DNA from: an uncultured Verrucomicrobiae bacterium
Lineage (GTDB): Bacteria; Verrucomicrobiota; Verrucomicrobiia; Chthoniobacterales; UBA10450
Length of the DNA: 64,000 nt
Reading direction: 5' to 3'
NCBI GenBank assembly: GCA_963757675.1
Contig: CAVWTH010000011.1
Span: 69,682-133,681 of the forward strand
In this document: one piece after another, positions 41,657 through 51,191 of the stretch
Position numbering within the stretch: position 1 is the stretch's first letter
Layout: each line of letters starts with the position of its first letter
The notes under the pieces: generated by a model
What the model was told of the DNA's origin: nothing
The model's database searches: none
What the model saw: only the letters and a program-made list of their open reading frames with translations
Made by a program: the position numbers and the translations under genes

Positions 41657-43306
41657 TCAGGTCTTCAGTTCTACCCCGGTATTCGCATCGGTAATGACAA
41701 ATTTTTCGTGATGAAACGTCGGGTCGCCGCGAAAAATCAGACGACCGGCATAACGGCGCTCCAGTTCCACGAGCAGCTCTTCGTCTTCCTCTTTCAATCG
41801 CTTCAAAACATCAGGGTTCAGGATTACCCGAATCTCGTGAATAGAGTCCTGGTATTTGCGCATCACAGTATTGAGCGTTCTGTGTAATTCCACGCTGGTG
41901 GTCATGGTCGTTTTTACCACGCCCCGTCCGCCGCAGTAGGGACAGTTTTCATAAATAGTGTCGCTGAGGCTTTCCTGCGCCCTCTGCCGCGTCATCTCCA
42001 TCAGGCCGAGCTGCGAAATGGGAAGCACATGTGTTCTCGCTTTGTCACGCTTGAGCCGTTCCTTCATCAACGCATAAACAGCCTGCTGATCCCTGCGGCT
42101 TTTCATGTCGATGAAATCAGCAATGATCAATCCACCAATATTACGTAACCGAAGCTGCCGTGCGATCTCGTCGGCCGCTTCCAAGTTGGTTTGCAGGATC
42201 GTCTTCTCAACGTCGCGCCCCCCTTTGTTGCGTCCGGTGTTCACATCGATCGCCACCAGCGCTTCAGTCTCGTCGATGACAATGTAGCCGCCACACTTCA
42301 GCCAGACCTGCCGATGAAATGCGTCATCGATCTGCTTTTGCACGCCGTGAGTCTCAAAAATCGGCGTCGCGCCGTCATAGTAGCGAACACGGTTTCGCGC
42401 GCGCCTTGAGATTTCACCGACCATGTCGATCATCCGATCCGTCGCCGCGCGGTCGTCGCAAAGGATCTCGTTAATTTCTTCGGTGAGAAAATCGCGCACT
42501 GTCCGTTCGACCAAATCGGGTTCCTCAAACAAGCGGCACGGGGCGGGATTGTCCCGAATGGCTTGATCGACTTTGGCCCATTGATCGAGAAGCACGCGCA
42601 GATCGCGCACAAAATACCTGGCGCGCTGACCTTCTCCCACCGTGCGAATGATAACGCCGACACCGTCAGGAATATCCAGCTCGCGCAGAATCTTGCGCAG
42701 TCGCTCGCGTTCTTTTGGCGCTTCGATTTTACGCGAGATACCGCTGCGATCGCTGAACGGCATCAGTACCAAGTATCGCCCTGCAAAACTGAGATTGGTT
42801 GTGACGCGAGGGCCTTTCGTGCCAATTGGCCCTTTGGTAACCTGCACGATCACGTCCGAACCAACCGGGTAAATGCTCGGTATGTCTTTTACCGTGATCC
42901 GCTTTCGCGGGCGCTTGTTCGCGCGCCTGTCGATTTCTTCGATGCCGCTGTCGAGCGCTGCGGGAATCGCGTCCCAAAAATGGAGGAACGCGTTTTTTTC
43001 GAAGCCGATGTCAACAAACATCGCCTTCAAACCCATCTCGATGTTTTTGACTTTACCCTTGTAAACGCCGCCTACAATGTTGCGCGAGGTTTTACGTTCG
43101 ACGCTGTATTCTTCAAGCTGGCCACCCTCGAGCAAAGCCACACGGGTCTCGAGTTTCTCCACGCTCAATATGAGTTTGTTGCCGGTCTTGCGTGAAGGAA
43201 GACCCAAAATCTTTCTTACCTTGTCTATCATAAAAATAAAGGGTTGCCCGGTCATCGGCCGAACTGCCGATACGAACTGCAATAGCGATTCTGACCGGGG
43301 ATTCAT
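41657..43306 (-). CDS. rng: ribonuclease E/G family endoribonuclease
   Basis: S1 domain VGGVYKGKVKNIEMGLKAMFVDIGFEKNAFLH ..GGYIVIDETEALVAIDVNTG..GGLIIADFIDM. The same frame stays open to ATG 43543, which would add a 79-aa Arg/Pro/Ala/Ser-rich extension. The true start is unresolved. Confidence 0.88.
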   Translation of the reverse strand: MNPRSESLLQFVSAVRPMTGQPFIFMIDKVRKILGLPSRKTGNKLILSVEKLETRVALLEGGQLEEYSVERKTSRNIVGGVYKGKVKNIEMGLKAMFVDIGFEKNAFLHFWDAIPAALDSGIEEIDRRANKRPRKRITVKDIPSIYPVGSDVIVQVTKGPIGTKGPRVTTNLSFAGRYLVLMPFSDRSGISRKIEAPKERERLRKILRELDIPDGVGVIIRTVGEGQRARYFVRDLRVLLDQWAKVDQAIRDNPAPCRLFEEPDLVERTVRDFLTEEINEILCDDRAATDRMIDMVGEISRRARNRVRYYDGATPIFETHGVQKQIDDAFHRQVWLKCGGYIVIDETEALVAIDVNTGRNKGGRDVEKTILQTNLEAADEIARQLRLRNIGGLIIADFIDMKSRRDQQAVYALMKERLKRDKARTHVLPISQLGLMEMTRQRAQESLSDTIYENCPYCGGRGVVKTTMTTSVELHRTLNTVMRKYQDSIHEIRVILNPDVLKRLKEEDEELLVELERRYAGRLIFRGDPTFHHEKFVITDANTGVELKT

Positions 43307-43597
43307 CGTGTTGTTCCGCGTTTGCGGCTGGGCGGCGGTGGAGGCGGGCGGGCTGGCGCTTAACTCCGAAGAGCCGCTCAAAAAAGTTGCGTGGACGCTG
43401 GGGCGCCGCAACCGGGACCGCGCGGGCCGCAGCACCGCAGCTCGCCGCGCTACTTTTCCCTGTGAATCGGCTTCGGGTTCAACATCAGGTCGATGCGTCC
43501 GAAGTTGCCATTTGCACAGTTGCGCTTTGCGAATCGTTGGCATGTTTCTTCGTCCTCGCCTCCGAGATTTCCTCCCGCATCGTGAAAACTCACTTCC

Positions 43598-45580
43598 TTA
43601 ATCAATTGGAAACGGATTGGCCTTGTGCGCGGGTGGAAGCCACGCCACCTGCATGTCGAACTTGCCTTCGTCGAGCGCCAGCTGTGCGTTCCAAAATTCC
43701 GGTAGCGATCGGGCCCGCGACGCTCGCCGCCGTGCCCAGAGGCGCCCTGCACCATCACTACGACGACGTACTTCGGATGGTCAAATGGCGCGAAACAAGC
43801 AAACCACGGCAACGTGTTTCCTCGTGGCCGCGCTCGCTGGCCTGCGCGGTGCCGGTTTTTCCAGCGACCTGCACATCTTTCAAACGTGCTCTGCCACCAG
43901 TCCCGCCGTCTTCATTAACAACCTCCCAAAGACCCTTGCGCACCAATTCGATATCTGTCAGGCGAAATTTCCTGCCGTAAGTCCGATCGCACTCGTCGGC
44001 TGGTCAGGCACGGCGGATCTTGCCGTCCTCATCCAGCACTGGAGAGCCGTCTTGATTCAAGACCTTGTCACCAAACGTGGGTAATAGCATACGCCGCCGT
44101 TTGCAATCGCAGACGTAGGCCATTGCCAGTTGCAGTGGCGAAACAAGTGTGTAGCCCTGGCCGATGGAAACGTTCGCCGTTTGCGCTTGTGACCATCTCT
44201 CCTGTGGATGATGAATCTGCATCCACTCCGGCCCTGGCATATTGCCAGTCTGTTCGCCGGTCAGTTGCAGGCCGGATTCCTCGCCAATGCCCAACATCTT
44301 GCCAATGTGGTCAATCGACTGAATCCCAGCTGCATTGCCATATTGATAGAAGAAGGAGTCACACGATACTTTGATCGCATCAACCAGCCCAACTGTGCCG
44401 TGCCCGGAATGTTTCCAGCATTGGAAGTAGTGGTCGCCATAACTCACGCCACCGCTGCAGTTGAAACGCGTGTTTGCGAGAATTTTCGTGCCACGCAGAT
44501 CCGGCCAGCGCCGTGATCAGCTTGAATGTCGAGCCCGGCGGCAAGCCGCTAATCGCGCGGTTGACTAATGGATCGCCCTCGTCTTTCTGCAGCGCTTTCC
44601 AATCCTTTGCCTTGATGCTCGGAATGAAAGTGTTTGGATCGAATGAGGGCACCGAAGCCATCGCCAGGATGTTGCCATTGTTTGGATCGACAACGACCGC
44701 GCCCGCCCGGGCTACTGCGCGCAACGCTTCCTCCGTAATCGCCTGAATGCGCGCGTCGAGCGTCAGGAAAACATTGGCGCCTTGTTGCGGGGGATCTTCG
44801 CGCAGCACTCCATCGATTGTGCCCTTTGCGTTGCGCCGCAGATAACGCACACCGGGTTTCCCGCGCAGATATTCGTCCATCGTTTTCTCGATATTCGATT
44901 TCCCTTCCACATCCGCCTGGTAAAAGGTGAATTTCTTCGCTTCCTCCTTGTTCACATCGTCCGGTACCCCGACGTAACCAAGGATGTGCGCGGCTAGCGC
45001 GCCGTAGACATAAGAGCGAACAGGTTTGATCGCGATGTCCACTCCCGGCAATCCGACATCGTGCTCGGAGAATTTCGCCATCGTCGGGAAATCGATGTCT
45101 TTGATGTAAGAAAACGGGACCTCCGTATCATTGCGAAAATGTCGCTGCAGCTTGCCGGCATTGTAATCGCGCGCCAAATCCAGCTCATTGAGACGCGGTA
45201 CGATGCCATTATTAACAATTTTGATTATGTCCGGCTCCTTTAGATCTTTCGGCATCCCGCTGATGGTTGCCCTATATTCAGCCGTCGGCGGCGAACCGAA
45301 GCGCTCACGGTACCCTTTGACCATCTCTGGCAGATAGAAATCGACCTCATAGCTGGCGCGGTTTTGGACGAGCGTGAACGCCGTTGCGGTCTTTGATTTC
45401 GCCGCGCACCGAAGGAATACGCACAGTGGCTTGCGAGCTGCCGCGAATCTGCGCGGTCCATTCTGCGCCGTGCGCCACCTGGATCCACCAAAGTCGAAGA
45501 CCAAGTGAGCCGACGCCCAACAGCATGAAAAGCCCAAGGAATTGGATGCGCAGACGCGAACTCAAGCGGCGTTTGCTCAT
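43598..45580 (-). pseudogene. mrdA: penicillin-binding protein 2 (elongasome transpeptidase) with at least 6 apparent frame changes
   Basis: Pieces lie in ORFs 45347..45703, 44380..45537, 44004..44447, 43758..43946, 43450..43812 and unlisted frames. They read MSKRRLSSRLRIQFLGL..RGEIKDRNGV / ..VVVDPNNGNILAMASVPSFDPN..LPPGSTFKLITALAG / LRGTKILANTRFNCSGGVSYGDH.. / SAIANGGVCYYPRLV / ..GKTGTAQA / PWFACFAPFDHPKYVVVVMVQGA.GHGG / ASVAGPIATGILERT / LALDEGKFDMQVAWLPP..ID*. The start overlaps the mreD stop (ATGA). Confidence 0.85.
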
Positions 45581-46119
45581 TCCACCCGCCCCCCTTCGGG
45601 ACCGTACGAATAGGCGGTCATGTGCCCGAGCCATTGCAAGCCCCAGAAAAAGATCGGCGCGATGGCCATGGCGATGAGACCGGGTCCGCCAATCTGCCAC
45701 CAAATTTCAGGAGTAAAAACAAGCGAGCCGCGGCGAAAAGTGATCATGAGATATTGTGCGAGAACTATCAACGAGGTGAAAACGCCGCTCAGGATACAAT
45801 GCACTTCCCATCGGCCGCGGGCAAAGAGCGGTCGCAGGCCATGCATTATTCCTGCCAGCACACCGTAGAGGAGTATCGATGATCCGGCTGAGATTTCAAC
45901 CTTGCCCCCGATCACCTGAACGGTAAGCGCATCGAGCAAAACCCCGGCAAAGAACGCCAAAGCGAGCATCAGGGGAAATGGCAACGCCATTGCGCCGTAA
46001 AAAACAATGACAGGCACAATATAGACATGGGCATTGTAGAGCCACGGCAGCGCCGGAATGAAGAGCTCGGCGATCTGCGCCACCAGAACCAGTACCAATA
46101 GACAACCAAAAAAAATCAT
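45577..46119 (-). CDS. mreD: rod shape-determining protein MreD
   Basis: 180-aa protein with 5 TM helices in the conserved mreC-mreD-mrdA position. Intact. Confidence 0.75.
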   Translation of the reverse strand: MIFFGCLLVLVLVAQIAELFIPALPWLYNAHVYIVPVIVFYGAMALPFPLMLALAFFAGVLLDALTVQVIGGKVEISAGSSILLYGVLAGIMHGLRPLFARGRWEVHCILSGVFTSLIVLAQYLMITFRRGSLVFTPEIWWQIGGPGLIAMAIAPIFFWGLQWLGHMTAYSYGPEGGRVE

Positions 46120-46919
46120 CTTCTGCCAGTCACAACGAATACGTCCTCAAGATGAGAAAGATCGACAGCGGGGGTGAGTTGCGCCTGCCCATCCAGTTCG
46201 CGGACGCGAAAAGTTTTTACAGCTCCAATGAGCAGGCCCGAGGGGAAAACACCCCCTACGCCTGAAGTATAAGCTTTCTGCCCCGGCTTCAGGTCGGCCT
46301 GTTTTGACAAGAAATTCAGGTCCAAAAGCGGGGTGAGTCCGCCAGTCACGCGCTGGCCGGAAACGATGCCCTGTTCGCGGCTGCCTTCCACTGACACTGC
46401 CACGCGGCAGTTTTCATCGGAAATCAACAAGACGACTGAGATTGTGTCGCTCACAGTGGTGGTTTTTCCCACCAGACCTACATCGGTCACCACGGGCATG
46501 TCCGTTTCGACGGCATCTCTCCTGCCGCGGTTGATGGTAACAGTTCGCCACCAACTAGAAGAATCGCGCGCGATCACTTCAGCTGCGACTAACTTAAAGA
46601 CTGAGCGCTCGCGATAGTTCAGGGCGTGGCGCAGACGATTTACCTCGTGCTCAACATCGCGCAAGCCTTGATTGGTCGCGCGCAGCTCTCGGTTTTCCAC
46701 CTGCAGCGCGGCGTTCTCATGCTCCAACTGGTCAAGCGACTTTAACCCTGACCGCACCGAGGTGATCTGCTTCTTGATTCCGGACCCACCAGTCAGAAAC
46801 GGCGCCAGCAGCCCATACACACCAGACTTGAACTTCTGCGTAGTTTCCGGACCAAAGGTGAGAAAATATCCCAGGATAGCGCCGAAAATCAGCAAGGTGA
46901 TGAGGTTCGTGCGACTCAT
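46116..46919 (-). CDS. mreC: rod shape-determining protein MreC
   Basis: N-terminal TM helix, a coiled coil (LEHENAALQVENRELRATNQGLRD), then ..VVTDVGLVGKTTTVSDTISVVLLISDENCRVAV..GIVSG..YTSGVGGVFPSGLLIG. Confidence 0.88.
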   Translation of the reverse strand: MSRTNLITLLIFGAILGYFLTFGPETTQKFKSGVYGLLAPFLTGGSGIKKQITSVRSGLKSLDQLEHENAALQVENRELRATNQGLRDVEHEVNRLRHALNYRERSVFKLVAAEVIARDSSSWWRTVTINRGRRDAVETDMPVVTDVGLVGKTTTVSDTISVVLLISDENCRVAVSVEGSREQGIVSGQRVTGGLTPLLDLNFLSKQADLKPGQKAYTSGVGGVFPSGLLIGAVKTFRVRELDGQAQLTPAVDLSHLEDVFVVTGRR

Positions 46920-46920
46920 C

Positions 46921-47040
46921 GCAATTGCGGATTGCCCGCCATGGCGGATGACCTTCCCGCGGAATGCGGATTAAAAAAGATCGATTTCAGCCGGAGAGGG
47001 CCAATCAATCCGCAATCGGAAATCGCCAATCCGCGATTGC
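46921..47040. repeat. inverted GCGGATTG / CAATCCGC oligomer repeats in the mreB-mreC spacer
   Basis: GCAATTGCGGATTGC (46921-35) faces CAATCCGCAATCGG (47006-19) and CCAATCCGCGATTGC (47026-40). Confidence 0.6.
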
Positions 47041-47042
47041 TC

Positions 47043-48081
47043 CTAGCGCCACTGGCGATCCGCCGAGGCGACCTGACGCAAAAACTTAAGTTCATTGAGG
47101 CATTTGCCTGTCCCCTCCGCCACTGCGCTGAGTGGATCTTCAGCTACGTGGACAGGCAACCCTGTTTCCTCGCTCAAAAGTTTGTCGAAGCCGCGCAGTA
47201 ACGCGCCACCGCCTGCCAGCACCAGCCCGCGATCGACCAGATCCGCCGAAAGCTCGGGAGGGCACCGCTCCAGGGTGATGCGCACCGAATCGACAATCGT
47301 CGAGATCGGTTCGAGTAAGGCTTCGCGCACTTCTTGAGAAGTAATCATGAGCGTCTTTGGCAAACCCGGCCACCAGATCGCGCCCTTTGACTTCGACACT
47401 CGTTTCCTTTTCACTCGGATACGCCGAGCCGATTTTGATTTTAATTTCCTCGGCGGTGCGCTCACCGACCATCAAATTGTAGGCGCGTTTCATGTATTGC
47501 ACGATCGCCTCGTCCAATTCATCGCCCGCCACACGCACGCTGCGGCTAAACACAATCCCGGAAAGCGAAATAATCGCGACTTCTGTCGTTCCGCCGCCAA
47601 TATCGATAATCATGTTGCCGGCGGGATCCTGAACCGGAAGTCCTACGCCGATGGCCGCCGCCATGGGCTCTTCGATCAAATAAACTTCGCGTGCGCCGGC
47701 ATGCGTGGCCGATTCACGCACTGCGCGTTTTTCCACTTCCGTGATTCCGGAGGGGACGGCAATAACCACGCGCGGTCGCACCCGCACCCGGCGGTTATGC
47801 ACCTTGGTGATGAAATGCCGCAACATCGCTTCGGTGACTTCGAAATCCGCAATCACGCCATCCTTAAGCGGACGCACCGCGACAATATTCGCCGGCGTGC
47901 GGCCGAGCATGCGCTTGGCTTCGTCACCGACGGCCAGCACGCGGTTGGTCCCGGCCTGCACCGCTACGACCGATGGCTCACGTAAAACGATCCCCTGATC
48001 CTTTACGTAAACAAGAGTGTTCGCTGTGCCGAGATCAATCCCGATATCGCTGGATAGCCAGCCGAAAAATCCGTTGAACAT
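47043..48081 (-). pseudogene. mreB: rod shape-determining protein MreB with one apparent frame change
   Basis: ORF 47140..48081 is canonical ([30 protein letters not shown]..) up to ..VKGRDLVAG. The continuation [51 protein letters not shown] is in ORF 47043..47465. The break is at the TTT run near 47362. Confidence 0.9.
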
Positions 48082-48274
48082 GAATTATTTATTAGCAGCA
48101 CTGTCCAGCTCGAAAGAAACGCGTTCACGCATCTGAGCCGGATCCAGTGGACCCCTCCCGCGGCGCGATTCGGCCGGCTGAAACGCCGTAACATGAGAAG
48201 GCGCAAGCCGCCGTCAAGCGTATTCTATTGGGGTAACGGAGGATTGAAGTGCTGGAGGTTTGCGGAGGGGCTTG

Positions 48275-48302
48275 CCATTACTCCATTACTCCATTACTCC
48301 AT
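48275..48302 (+). repeat. octanucleotide tandem repeat (CCATTACT x 3.5) immediately upstream of rpe
   Basis: ccattact ccattact ccattact ccat, 6 nt before the rpe ATG. Confidence 0.85.
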
Positions 48303-48308
48303 CACGCC

Positions 48309-48968
48309 ATGGCACAAGTGATTGTCGCTCCATCCATTCTGGCTGCAGATTTCTCGCGGCTCGCTGAGGAAATCCACCGCGTCGAGGCCGCAGGGGCCGA
48401 TTGGATTCATTGCGACATCATGGACGGGCATTTTGTCGATAACATCTCCTTTGGGCCGGACGTGGTGCGCCTCGTTCGCAAAGAAACCGATCTGCCGCTC
48501 GACGTCCATCTCATGATCGAACATGCCGAGCATTATGTGCCGCGATTCGTCGAAGCCGGCGCAAACTCGATCACCGTTCACGTGGAACCGGAAGCCAAAC
48601 ACGATGTCATCAAAACATTGCAGCATATTCGAAACAGCGGTTGCCGCGCGGGCCTCACACTGAATCCCGAAACGCCACTCGACTTAGTCGAACGGTTCCT
48701 TGGTAGCTTCGACATTCTGCTCGTTATGACTGTGCATCCCGGGTTCGGCGGACAACCGTTCCGCGCTGATCAGATGGAAAAGGTCAGGCGCGCAGCAGAA
48801 TGGAACCACTCACGGGAGCACAAGATCGACATTGAAGTGGATGGTGGAATTACTCCGGAGACCGCCCGAATCTCAGTGGAAAACGGCGCGAACGTCCTCG
48901 TCGCCGGCACGTCAATTTTTCACTCCAAAGATTACGCCAAAGCAATTCGTGAATTGCGCGGCGAATGA
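48309..48968 (+). CDS. rpe: ribulose-phosphate 3-epimerase
   Basis: MAQVIVAPSILAADFSRLAEEI..AGADWIHCDIMDGHFV.NISFGP..LDVHLMI..VHPGFGGQ.F. ATG at 48309. Confidence 0.94.
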   Translation: MAQVIVAPSILAADFSRLAEEIHRVEAAGADWIHCDIMDGHFVDNISFGPDVVRLVRKETDLPLDVHLMIEHAEHYVPRFVEAGANSITVHVEPEAKHDVIKTLQHIRNSGCRAGLTLNPETPLDLVERFLGSFDILLVMTVHPGFGGQPFRADQMEKVRRAAEWNHSREHKIDIEVDGGITPETARISVENGANVLVAGTSIFHSKDYAKAIRELRGE

Positions 48969-50758
48969 CACGCCAACCGATCGACCGCGCTTAGCGCGTT
49001 TCGGACGATTCGCCCGCCACGACCGGCTCGGCCTCTATCGGTGGTTTCGGCCATGACTTCGTCGGTCTGTGTAACGCGCACGACTTCTTCGATAGTCGTT
49101 TTGCCCTGGGCTACACGTCGCCAGCCGTCTTGCCGCAACGTCTCCATGCCTTCGGCAATCGCGCATTGCTTCAGCTCGCCGCCGTCACGCTTTTGCATGA
49201 TCAGCTTTCGCAGCGGCTCGGTGATCACGACAGATTTCGTAAATCGCGGTGCGACCTTGATAACCGGTCTGCCGGCATTGATCGCAACCGGCGCCCCGCC
49301 GGAAACGGGTGCCAGTTCCTTCACAGGAAAACCGATCTCGGCGAGATAATCGCGTGGGATAATCGACCATCTGCGCGCAATCCGGACAAATCGTGCGCAC
49401 GAGCCGTTGCGCGATGAAGGACTTCACCACCGAGGCGAGCAGAAACGGCTCCACATCCATGTCGAGCAAACGGGTGATGCCGCCGACGGCGTCGTTGGTG
49501 TGCAGCGTGCTGAAGACAAGGTGGCCGGTCATCGCGGCGCGGATGGCGATATCCGCGGTCTCGACATCGCGAATCTCGCCGACCATTACCACATTCGGAT
49601 CCTGTCGCAGAATGTGGCGCAGGCCTTTAGCGAAAGTGAGATCGATTTCCGGTTTCACGTCGATTTGCGAGACACCGGCGAATCCGATATTCGACCGGTT
49701 CTTCGATCGTGATGATGCGCCGCTGTACCGAATTGATGCTGCTGAGAAAAGCAATAAAGCGACGTCGACTTTCCGCAGCCAGTCGGACCCGTGAGCGAGG
49801 ATGATTCCGTTCGGCTGGGCGAGCAGATGCCGGATAATTTTCTCCTGCTTGTCGCTGAAATCGAGGCGCTCGAAATCCGAACTGTTGTTCGCCGCGACTG
49901 AGCAAACGCAAACTGATGGATTCGCCGTTAACCGTTGGAATTGTCGAAACGCGAACGTCGATTTCCTGATTGTTTTTCGCGAGCAAATTCATCCGCCCAT
50001 CCTGAGGAAGCCGGCGCTCGGCAATGTCCATGTGCGACATCACTTTCAATCGCGAGATAATGGCCGATTGCAGGACCCGCAGTTGCGGCGGGACGGCGAC
50101 TTCGTGCAGGATTCCATCGATTCGGTACCGAATGCGCAAGATCGTTTTCCAGCGGCTCGACGTGAATATCAGTGGCGCGCTCCAAGATCGCCTCGCGAAT
50201 GATCTGGTTGACAAACTTCACCACGGACGCTTCTGGATCGTCAGCATTCAGTTCGATGGCGGCCTCGACGTCCTCCAGCACATCCATGGAGCCCCTGGTT
50301 TTCAGGATCTCGTCGAAAGTTTCCGCGCCGACGCCGTAAAGCGTTTTCATCGCGCGCAGAAGCTGCGCGCGCGGCACCAGCACCCATTCGGCCGGTTTCT
50401 TCAAAAGCTGTCCTGCAAGCTGGCGGCCAATCGAATTGAACAAATCGTACGTCGCCAGCACTACTGAATTTTCCTTCGCCTCGATCGGCAAAATGTGATG
50501 TTGAAACACGAAACGGCTTGGAAGCATCGCCAAGGTCGTGCGGTCGATGTTTTTCGCATCAATGGAGACGATCGGAACCCGGAAGAAATTCCCGATTGCG
50601 CCAAGGAAGCGTTGTTCGTCGACTTTGCCGGAATCGAGCACCTGACTCACCCACGAACCGCCGTTGAGGTTCGTCGCTAACTGCGCCGCCTCTTCGGTCG
50701 AAGGCACACCGCTTTCGAGCAGCAGATTAATCAACGATTGACTCGGCGCTGCGTTCAT
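48932..50758 (-). pseudogene. GspE/PilB-family secretion ATPase with at least 7 apparent frame changes
   Basis: A T2SSE_N-like N-domain is followed by ..ATDIHVEPLENDL / RIRYRIDGILHEV..LPQDGRM..ISLRLL / ..LLAQPNGIIL / ..FLSSINSVQRRIITIEEPVEYRI / GVSQIDVKPEIDLTFAKGLRHILRQDPNVVMVGEIRD.ETA..A..AAMTGHLVFSTLHTND / ..GAGCDQCRQTGYQGRTAIYEI / VITEPLRKLI.., spread over ORFs 49928..50758, 49627..50214, 49185..49754 and 48932..49324. The 3' end is uncertain. An alternative stop lies at about 48991. Confidence 0.85.
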
Positions 50759-50768
50759 TCAGCAGTCG

Positions 50769-51180
50769 TTAGGGCATGTGTAACGCGCGCCGCACGGGCC
50801 CGGTAAGCGTGCCGGTCACGCGCATGGAATAATTCTTTTGAAGACGCGCGATGGCATACGAAACCTCTGGGGTAAATACGCCGTCAACAGGGCCGCAGTA
50901 ATAGCCCAACCGGCGCAACGCCGTTTGCATTGAGCCAACGTAAGCAGGTTGGAGAAGTAATTGTTCGCGTGAGTTGAAGTAATAACACCAGCGCCAGTGA
51001 TATTCTCGGCGCAAAATCGGTCGCGTTGACAACTGGAGTTTGATGGACAAGTCCCCATTCGTCGCGTTGAGCCAATGGATCCGTGGACCGAAAGATACCG
51101 TAATCGACAATGTCAAACTCGTCGGCTCGTGCTACGATCGTCCCTAGGCTGAGAATCAAAACGAGTGCTGTTCGTTTCAT
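50769..51180 (-). pseudogene. secreted peptidoglycan-binding-domain protein with one apparent frame change
   Basis: Signal peptide MKRTALVLILSLGTIVARA (ORF 50884..51276). The C-terminal PG_binding_1-like motif VGSMQTALRRLGYYCGPVDGVFTPEVSYAIARLQKNYSMRVTGTL is in ORF 50769..51116. The break is near 51010-51030. Confidence 0.7.
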
Positions 51181-51191
51181 AATTGCGAGCA

